In this document: positions 18,746 through 28,300 of the stretch, piece after piece
Numbering within the stretch: the first letter of the stretch is position 1
Layout of the letters: each line of letters opens with the position of its first letter
Assembly: GCA_032718475.1 (NCBI GenBank)
Contig: JAUCBJ010002020.1
Coordinates: 1 to 32,659 of the forward strand
From: Nemertoderma westbladi
Taxonomy: Eukaryota; Animalia; Xenacoelomorpha
DNA length: 32,659 bases
Reading direction: 5' to 3'
Notes under the pieces: generated by a model
Database searches by the model: none
What the model was told of the DNA's origin: nothing
The model's input: only the letters and a program-made list of their open reading frames with translations
Translations under genes and position numbers: made by a program

Positions 18746-19895
18746 TGTAAAGGCTTTTGCGTAATTAGCCGGTTATTTTCCCTGTAAAGTACTCTGTAGT
18801 TAGTTTACTAGGCATAAAAAGGCCGTGTCCTTACTGTACTGGTGTTTTAGAGGACATAAAAGTAATTTCTTCTGTAGGTATACTTTAGCGGACATAATCC
18901 GCAATTTTGTGACGCAATAAGCCGGATCCTCTTGAAAACAGTGTGGCTACCATGACGACGGCTAACAGCTGATATTGCCACGTCGAACATTTCTTTGTTC
19001 TTTGTTCTCTCTTTGTTCGGTCGACCAATCAGAGCGTTTTTTGACTCTGTGTTGGAAGTTGGATACAGAAACTCAGGAATTCAGTGTATATGTTTTTGCC
19101 CAGAGCCTAAGAACACCGGCTTTTGGCACCTCCGTGTTTCAGTCTTTAGCTTAACATTAGTAGGCTTAATTATAGAACGTATATCTGTTATCATATCATA
19201 TCATATCTCACTTATCTATCTTATCTCACTTACTTACTCAACAATCTGTCGGTTATTCATTATATTTGTTGATGGAATATTATATCGGAATACTGATCAA
19301 TAATCAGACACCCCAATCTTCTTGATATACTAAAGGTTAGAGAGACCGGATACATATAACGATTGCGACTTATATTAGGTGGTTTGAAGTGAATCTAATG
19401 CTATTTCATAGGCCCGACATAAATTGTCTGTTGCTCTCTTTATATGTGACTAAAATTAGTGAAGGTCGGCAGATTAGTGTGCAGTATTGTGCAGCATTGT
19501 GTATGATTGTAACTGATAACAAAGCATCTCCTAAAGAATGCGCCATATACGTTAATCTATAGCCATTCCGTTGTGTCTAGTTTAAGTCATAACTCTGTTT
19601 ACATATTTAGAGCGCCACGTCCTAAAGGAACTGTTAATATTTCCCGAAAGTGAATAATATTTGTCAGAGATTATATATTACGATCAGTCGAATAATACAG
19701 TAGGCTTACACCTCAATCAAGTTAAGCTTCCGAATCCAGTCTCCCGGGTATATCCAGCGGATGAATGGTTGAGCATAGACTGGCTTCGGCTAATGTAGTG
19801 TATCAAATACTCGTCATAGGCTAAAGACTATCTATCATCTAAAAGACATCCCAATTTGGCAGGTTAAACTGTCAAAGGTCTTAAAAGCGCAAACA
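18746..19895 (+). repeat. 3' LTR (1150 bp)
   Basis: Direct repeat of 3981-5136, followed immediately by TATTG. Confidence 0.97.
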
Positions 19896-21237
19896 TATTG
19901 ACTAGCAGCGTGAGTGTTGGTATGACATGGTTACAAAGCCATCTAAAAGGTGTGAACGCATATTAGAATGTTAAATATGTATCAACAGAACGAACAATGA
20001 TGCAATAACCTACAGTAGGAATGCAATAATACGGTAAGGACAATGCATTTGGTTATTCGTTACTATAGAAGGGGACCATTAGTACATAAGGGAAATATCA
20101 GGTCACTGCTGAGGACTCTCAGAATATCAGGTCACTCACGGCTGAGGAGAGGAAGTAGCTAGCAATTTGTACACTAAAGGTGAAGAAGGTGTAACCTATA
20201 TTGGAGAGTAGTCAGATGTCGGTGCCAATTTATTGCGGTATATAAGATTATGTTTTAGGAAACTAGTTTGTTCCATGGGTGCATATCTACAATAAATGTC
20301 ACATCTCTCTAATATAACTTTCCTAGTGTTCATATTTACTTAATTATTACTGTAACTTGTATTGTATTATTGGTGATTACGCTACTTCGCACCGTACGTG
20401 CAATAGCATTGTTGGTGAGACAATATTATCTAGTAAATGCCATTATATTACAAGTCAACAAGAACCTGCTTATTTATTACACTGCTTCCGGGGTCTAACA
20501 CATATCCTCGACAGGCCACTCGTTGGACCAACGGCAGGTTCCCTGAGCGAAACCGGAAGTCACGTGGGAAGGGAGGTAGGCATTTCTACTAGAGAGCGCC
20601 TGTGAAATAGTATAAGGGTCTTTCGAGAATCTCACCCACTCGACGAAAGATATCCCTCTGGTGACCTTTGCCAGAGGAGTTCCCTTACAAAAAACATACA
20701 AAGAACAAAACCGTAGAGAGGGGGGGGGGGGGGGGGGGGGGGCTTTTCCCCAACGCTTAATTATTAATCTATTTACATAATTACAGGATGACTCGCACTT
20801 TACATTGGAATCAACCATATACTAGTCATAGCGTAAATATAATAGTTTTACTGGAATATTTGTTTACCCAAACCCAGAATATGTTGGATCGAATCGGTAA
20901 TCTGCTTGATAACGTGTATTTTCTATAACAAGTAGGCCTGTAATAGGCACCAAACTAAAGTAATAGTTATATTGAATATGAATAAATCAGTGATACTTTA
21001 AAATAATGCTGAACATTAAAAATATATAAATGAGTGTCATTGGGGTCTCCTAGTACCTTACTGAGGCTGTAATCTGGTAGATGGTACCGGTACCAGTCCG
21101 GCAATACTGCAGTATGTTAAATTGAAACAATATTACAGTATTTGTAAGATTATCATCTGTTTACTGATAATATTTGTCCAATACAGCAATAACCGGAATA
21201 ATAATAATAAGAGATGAATAAATGATTAATTAGGCTC

Positions 21238-21978
21238 CTATAACCTAGTATCGGGAGGATGGTCCCCATCTTCCAGGTTATCTGCACTATCCCCATCACT
21301 ATCACCATGGTAACTGTCGCATTCCGGCTCTGGTTCGTCAAACTTGGGTCTGCCAATGGATGAACAGTACGTAGTCTGCGACGTAGAGTTGTACTGCGTG
21401 CCGAGACCCGGAGGAAGATTCAGATTATGTCTACTGTCCGTAACCATGGAGATAGGACGGTGATACCATTGGGGTGCCGAGTCCGACTGCGGTACCATGG
21501 TAACAGGTCGCAGCATCGACCCATCGTGGGCTTGAGGTCTGGTAATCGCGGTTAGCGTAGCGTAGCCAATCTTTTCATCGTACCCCAACGTACCCGGAGG
21601 GGTAACCGAGTCTATAGGAGTATCTATCGTTATGGTAACATTGGAAGTTGTAGAATCACCACGGATGCGGTGTTCGCGCAATGTTATCTGCTCTCCTTGA
21701 CTGTCTCGCCACTTTTTCGTCCATTTTCTATTAATTTTTGTATAAATATCGCCGTTTACAAACTCGCGGTCTACCTCGAGGGCAGGGGCATCGTTTAGTG
21801 CTGAGTCGATTTTACCGTCCATTGTCTGACTGTCCAACAAATAAAGTGGACCTATTCTTTGTTTAAGCGACGGTCGTCGTTTCCTACACAGACATATAAT
21901 TACTATGACAACAATCGCCAACAACAAAACACCGCCGCAAACACTTACAATTAATATTGTCCGCATATCCAAAAGCAT
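21238..21978 (-). CDS. Single-exon 246-aa signal-anchored membrane protein with a Tyr-containing, probably disordered cytoplasmic tail
   Basis: N-terminal hydrophobic run ILIVSVCGGVLLLAIVVIVIICLC then RKRR. GC-richer than flanks. In-frame TGA 13 codons upstream with no AG between it and the ATG, so the ATG is the probable start. Confidence 0.8.
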   Translation of the reverse strand: MLLDMRTILIVSVCGGVLLLAIVVIVIICLCRKRRPSLKQRIGPLYLLDSQTMDGKIDSALNDAPALEVDREFVNGDIYTKINRKWTKKWRDSQGEQITLREHRIRGDSTTSNVTITIDTPIDSVTPPGTLGYDEKIGYATLTAITRPQAHDGSMLRPVTMVPQSDSAPQWYHRPISMVTDSRHNLNLPPGLGTQYNSTSQTTYCSSIGRPKFDEPEPECDSYHGDSDGDSADNLEDGDHPPDTRL

Positions 21979-22308
21979 CGTTATGTTATTGTTATCAATG
22001 AATTGGTGATCGTTTCAAGTTCATTCCAAAAGAAATTGAACGCAATATATTTTTAATGTAATGAAATAATTAATATAATTTTCCAATTTCTAACAATCGC
22101 ACCACATCGATAAATATAAATAAAATAATTTAGAAACTCTTAGATACTATCAATAATATGTAATGATTAATGATTCACAGTTGTGTTTGTTTACCTTCGG
22201 TAGTAAAGTCCGCATTGTTGCTATGATTAGTTTGAGGAGACGAAGTCAGCGCGTCTCTTGAAACAATTATTTTTATCATTACGTACAACATTCAATATTT
22301 GCCCAGGT

Positions 22309-25300
22309 CTAAATAGATTTGCAATACTCTACCTGCGGTTCCAATTATCATAACCAATAAATCAATCAATAAATATGTCAATAATATCGCGTCGTTAATC
22401 GAATCTCAACGCATAGTTTACCGTAGGTGAAGTAAGGCCTACGATCAGAATGCTGTGAGTAGCCCAACACAGACTTTGTATACCCATTGGGAACTGAAAG
22501 TTATACACTGGCTCCTGATATGACCTCAACTTCCATAGCCCCAAGCTTCCATTATCGTTCCCTCTGGCAACGTAATCGCCAATAGCCAGTTGTATTTTTG
22601 CGACAGAAGTCTTTCCCCCATCACTCTATAATAATATGTAATTTATATACAGTATAATAATGTTTCAAGGGTTAATATACAGCCCATTCGTCCTTTACAT
22701 AAACTCAAATATAATATTTTATATTTCGTGCCGAGACCGGTACCACGCACTGATTTCATCTCATGTCCACCCCTCTCCACGTTATCCACCACCTAATATT
22801 TCGAGCTCCTTACTTTTCAATATTAATAATTTGTTACTCTTGTTTTATTTATATATTTTTTAATTTACTACTTGGATTTCAAATTTACCTCGCTTGGGGG
22901 TGTATCTTTATTATTATAAATCTAACCTTAAAATGAAACTTTAAAAAATTGACTGATGCTGACTGACTGAGCTTCTCAGCCTACATTCTAATACAAAGAA
23001 ATCATATTTTATTTCGATTTAATTCGTATTTTATAACGTAATAATTGTGTCTTACCTTAATTTTCCTCTGTGTTTGTTTTTTTGATGTTGTAGATATTCT
23101 AATAGCTCCTTGTGGGTCCAACGAATATAGAGAATCCTTGTTGACGATAAGTTGAGAGTTGAATGGATTCACAGAAACCGATGGAGATAAATGATCGCCA
23201 TAACACCACGTAACTAACTTACTAACCAATTTTGATTTACCTAATAATAATGAAATATAACGATATAAACGCATGTGTAGAAGGAAACAGTTTCGTTACA
23301 GTGTTACACGCATGAGCGTAATGAGTGATGGCTAATAAAGAGTCAAGTATCAAACCATTTAATGTAGTTTGCAACAAGATTCTGAAATTGAACCAACAAG
23401 AAACGACCGCGTATAAAATTTTCACGATAGAGAAATTGTTCAGGAAATTCTATAATAAAAATAACTATATCTCTATAACTATAACTCTATATTCTATGCG
23501 CCTTTATAATATGATGAATATATTTATAGGATGATGATTATTTAACGGCCAAATATCTACTGCAGCATTACATTAACGTGAATATAGCCTAATGTTATAG
23601 AATATGAACCAAATGTTATTACTTCAATTAATACCCAGATGTGTGTCCATTTGTTTGTTTACCTTTAGGTTTTCGCTTTTTTTTCTTTTTATCACTCGTT
23701 ATGTTTAAACCAATATAAGCAGTTGATGACGTAATTGCCATTGATTGCCTAGCAACGTAACCATTTAAATGAACGACGTCGACAACATTAAAGTCGCTAG
23801 AATCAAGATATCAATTGCTATTATAAGATTAAAGTTTCGAAAATCGTATTATTTCCAATAGTGAAAAAATCTGCAAAAACGTGGCAAAAGCGAAGTGCCA
23901 AAACTTCTTGTACTACTAGGATAGGATACTACAAGGATCGGCATGCTGCATTGCAGCTGCATTTTTTATATCTTTTCAACAAAATTGCGCCACCACAACT
24001 CCCTATCACCCATGATATTTGCTAGATCATCCGCATCATCAAGACCAGTGACCTTTAAGATGCGTCTCAAGAAAGTCATTGGCTGTCCACCATGCTTATT
24101 CATTCCATGAGGCTGCCAAAGTACAAGATTATGCCACTGGCTGGTCCTCACGGCGAAAGTAATGTCCTGCAAATCGGAGGCGGCTTTGTTCTAGTGTCAA
24201 GCTTGGGGGAACCAATGCGATACCTCCAATGTTATATAGTGTCTGGTTGGAGATGTGTGCATTGTACTTGACACAATGAACCCGGCGTAGCATTCTTGTG
24301 AATGTGCCATCCAGAGATATGGTGTCCTCAGCAGTTAGAGCCCAGCGTGGACTCCCATAGAGGAGTACTGGAACTACTGCTGCTCTAAATAATCGGACCT
24401 TAAGTTTCCGATTAATTCTCGGTGACTTCCAAATCCTGGAAAGCCTATCCAAGGCTGCCCATGCCTTTCCCTTACGTAATCGAAGGTCCTCACCTGACTT
24501 CCGGATCCATGATTCCAGGTAACAGAAGTCGTCGAAATGCTCATACAATCCTTGAGCTTTTGCTCATCCGGTCAGAGACTTGCTGAGGACTTTCAAAGTT
24601 AACTGTCAAAATTTTGGTCATTTTGAGTTAATAAAAATACCAACACCAGAAGCAGCATGTTCTAATGAGCTGAGGAGCTGTTGGGCTCCCTCTAGTGATT
24701 CTGAGAGTACTCCTAAGTCATCAGCAAAGTCTAGATCAGTTAGGTACTTGGCAGGATTTCCTCGACTTCTGGAGCCAGTAGGTGGAGTTATCATCAACCC
24801 ATCATCATTTTGGTGATCTAAGGACATGCGTAGAACATAGTCAACCACAATAATGAACAAGAATGGTGCGGGGGAAGTGTGTCTCCCTGGAGGACGCCCC
24901 ATAACACTTTAAATGGTTCTGTGTCACCGTCAACAGTAGACACAAATGCTGTCGAACCATCGTATACTGATCTGATTGCTGCAATAATTTCATCAGGAAT
25001 CCCATATAATGAAAGTATGCTGAACATACGTGAGCGAAATACTGAATCAAAACTTATGGTAATAATGTCATAATTACTATGTTTGTAAGAAATTGTATCT
25101 CTTCACTGTTTCTTACATTGTACTCCTTAGTTGAACAGATCCTGATTCATTTCCAATCCCCAGAATATTTCCATGGCAACATAGAGACATACACTCGTCA
25201 TCAGCAAAGCTAAGAGATTTTATGCGAGTTTTGTTTACAATATCCCATATTTGAACTTCGCCTATAAAATACAAATAAATTTAATAAAAACAGTGTCGGT

Positions 25301-28300
25301 AAGCGGGTGTTAGAAATATATTTGAGTATAGTTACACCGCGTTATAATAATAATAAACTAAACAGATAATTTTGTAACTGAAATTTATAATAATTTATAG
25401 ACCGAGATATTCTTTCTACTTCTAGCAATTAGTATCACTCTTATTGTATGAAACATTTATCAGGTTTTTGTCGCATATCAAATTGTTCAACCGTCTTCGA
25501 TTTTGTAGATAATTGGCGACTTTCTAGAATTAAAAATTTCGCATTTCAGCGCAAAGTGCTAACTATATATTTCATCTAAATATGGTACGCCGTATTTCAC
25601 GCTGTCTCGAGTGGATATATTTACACAAACGAGCAACGCGAGTGAGTGAAATTTAAAACGAGATCCTAAACTGAAATACACTTAATTTTATGTAAATCGC
25701 TACTTTTATGAATTGCGGACATTACCAAATGGTCCAAAATTCCACAAAGTTTCTTAGATTAATGGGAGAATCTTTTTACTCATTAAGCCAAGGAATGCCT
25801 GTTCATCACCATGAGTGATCTTCCACAGTAATCCCTTCCACTCTGTTTTCCAAGCTGTCTTGGTTCCCATTTATCGACCACTGAAGGATGAAAGCCAGGG
25901 TTGGTCTAGGCTGCAACATTTATAGCACTGTGCCCAAACAGTGCTGCCCCATCTAGGGATCGAAACAGGGCTTCCTAATTGGCAGCCCAGGAATGTCACC
26001 ACTAGGCGAAGCTGCTGCTAATTTCTTAAATTAGAGACTCATGACTTAGGGTTAGGTTTACATGACAGTTTTAATTAGGGTTTGAGCCTTTATGAACAAA
26101 CCCTAACCAAATGAATAAACCAATATATACAACTAAAAGTACTGTACGGTACGCTAGGCCTACTACAGTATTATTATATTGTAATTCTATTGGGGATGTG
26201 GAGGGGGGGGGGGGGGGTGTGTGTGTTCGCCTGGGACACCGGTACGTCGAAGAACAGAAAACATGACACATATTCGCCCACATGCTCAGGAATAGTCACT
26301 CACCAGCCGACCCAGTATAGATAATTAAAACTTTCATCACGTAATATTAGTTTTCATGAAGCGTAATGAATAATTAAAACTTTAGTGCACCCTATAATAA
26401 AATGGACATGGTGTCAAGATAAAGACTATGGATGAACACACAACAGTACTGTTCCACTACCAACCGACTTACCGGTTAATTTATCTAGGACATTCCCTCG
26501 AGTGCCTGCTATACACACACGCCCGCACCCAAGGAGACACATATCGTTTATGCGGAGTTCTCCCAAACTGAGAGTGAACCTAAATAGTAAAAAAAATGAG
26601 TTTATTAATATCTACAAAAACTACTTACTGCATGTAGACATGGAACTTATTATGTTAAATATTATATTGAATATGAATATTTGTCGGACGACTATGTAAA
26701 TATAAAGAGACAGGAGGGAAACTGGACGCAAAACCCGCCTTGGCGAATTAATATCCCGCCTCAATGTTAAATTCTCAATTTAGGGAAAGGAGCAGGTTAC
26801 AGTGGCACGTTATTTCAACCAAAACAATAAACTAAGCACAATAGAACAGGTTACAGTTTTATTTTTGAGAGTAATCAGCGTTATTTAAGTCGAATTTCCC
26901 CTGGAGAGAGATTAATTTTTATTGCGTCCAGTTTCCCACCCTATCTGAAAATAAAATATAATGATAATGATTTGGTGAGTTTAGAAGAAACTTTTTGTTA
27001 GTAACCGGTGACCTGGGCAAAAACCTATTTACAGAAAAATCAAATATGTTATGGAATCTTTTAGGCTCGGTAAGCCAAGGTTCACCCCATCGGGTGATCT
27101 TCCACTAAACCCATACACTCTATTTCCCAAGTTGTCTTGAAAGCCAGGGTTGGAGTAGCCTGGAGCATTTAAAGCATTGTGACCAATTAGTGATGCCCCT
27201 GGAAGCAGTCATGTCACCCACCACTAGACCAAGGGACTGCAGGTTTAGTCTATAATGTTATTATAATAGTAAAGCGGATATATTTATGACGCACGGAGGG
27301 GGGAGAAACTAATGCGACTCTCCACCTATTCGATGTACTCTGGGTTGCGGTCCTGCGTGTTTATGGTTCATATGCATTTTAATCATTAGAAGACCGATTA
27401 GAATACCGATAGGGCTTTTATTATTATTGTAGAAGTATTTCGTAGGGGTGTGTCTATGTACGTAATCATGTAAACTCCTCCGAATCTATAGCTCATCCGT
27501 CAATGAAAGTTATATCAATCGTTGCAGCTCATCACCAGGATTTATAAAAAAGGTTTCGAAAATTTTTTTTAAAGAGTCATTTTTATATTTCGAGATAATA
27601 ACCCCATAACACGAAAATTGCCATAGACTCAATGATAGAAACACCAGTTGGTGCTCAATATACAGTTTAGTAATGAATGCTATTGAGTGGGAAGGCCTAA
27701 ACTGCAGAAAAGTACTCGCAAATTTTAGTAAGGTTGAGTTTATTACTCTCTCACTCTACCCAGACAGCTAATCGTAGGCTACACATTGTATGACATTTAT
27801 TCTGTGAAAAATATGAATTAATAGAAATATTAAATTATATAATGTATTTATATTTAATAAATTTTAAGAGTAATACAAATGATGTTTATGTAATAATTGA
27901 ATTGCGTAATTAAAAAAAAAAACTTTTATAATTTCGAAATTGATGGAGAAAATTACCTGGGCAGTAATCCTTGAACTTTGATTATTTGTATAAAATTCTC
28001 ATTCTCTCTCGAGTAGCAATTATACGCGGCGAATAAATGAACTCCATCTGAAATCATTTTAATACAAACGGCGCATTCTGGGACGCATTGAGCCATGGCA
28101 GGAATTATTCTATTAAACAATAATAATACTTTACTTATATTAGTTTGTATGTATTATAAGCCGGAACAACTTTATACCTGTGTGTAAAGTGTCACTTTAC
28201 ATTGTGCTGATCCGAGTTGGTTTGTTACATTAACGAATGTAATGTAGTGAGTGCAATTAGTCAAAATGCATAGAAAATTGTATTGTTTTCAGTTTGTTGT

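Larger units (their letters stand above)
3981..19895 (+). mobile_element. Full-length BEL/Pao (Belpaoviridae) LTR retrotransposon, 15,915 bp
   Basis: Two near-identical LTRs (TGT...ACA), TATTG on both flanks (3976-3980, 19896-19900), gag with BEL-type triple Cys/His knuckle, pol order PR-RT-RH-IN with Pao-type RNase H motifs (LHVFGDAS, WRHCPGTINPADIASRG). Confidence 0.97.

Noticed and set aside
23744-23756. RFX X-box and ATG at 23741 as the WD40 gene start
   Set aside because: The frame extends upstream to a phase-matched acceptor at 23796, so both lie inside a coding exon.
25168-25182. X-box-like TTTCCATGGCAAC
   Set aside because: Falls within the coding exon 25117-25261 (CCHG codons).
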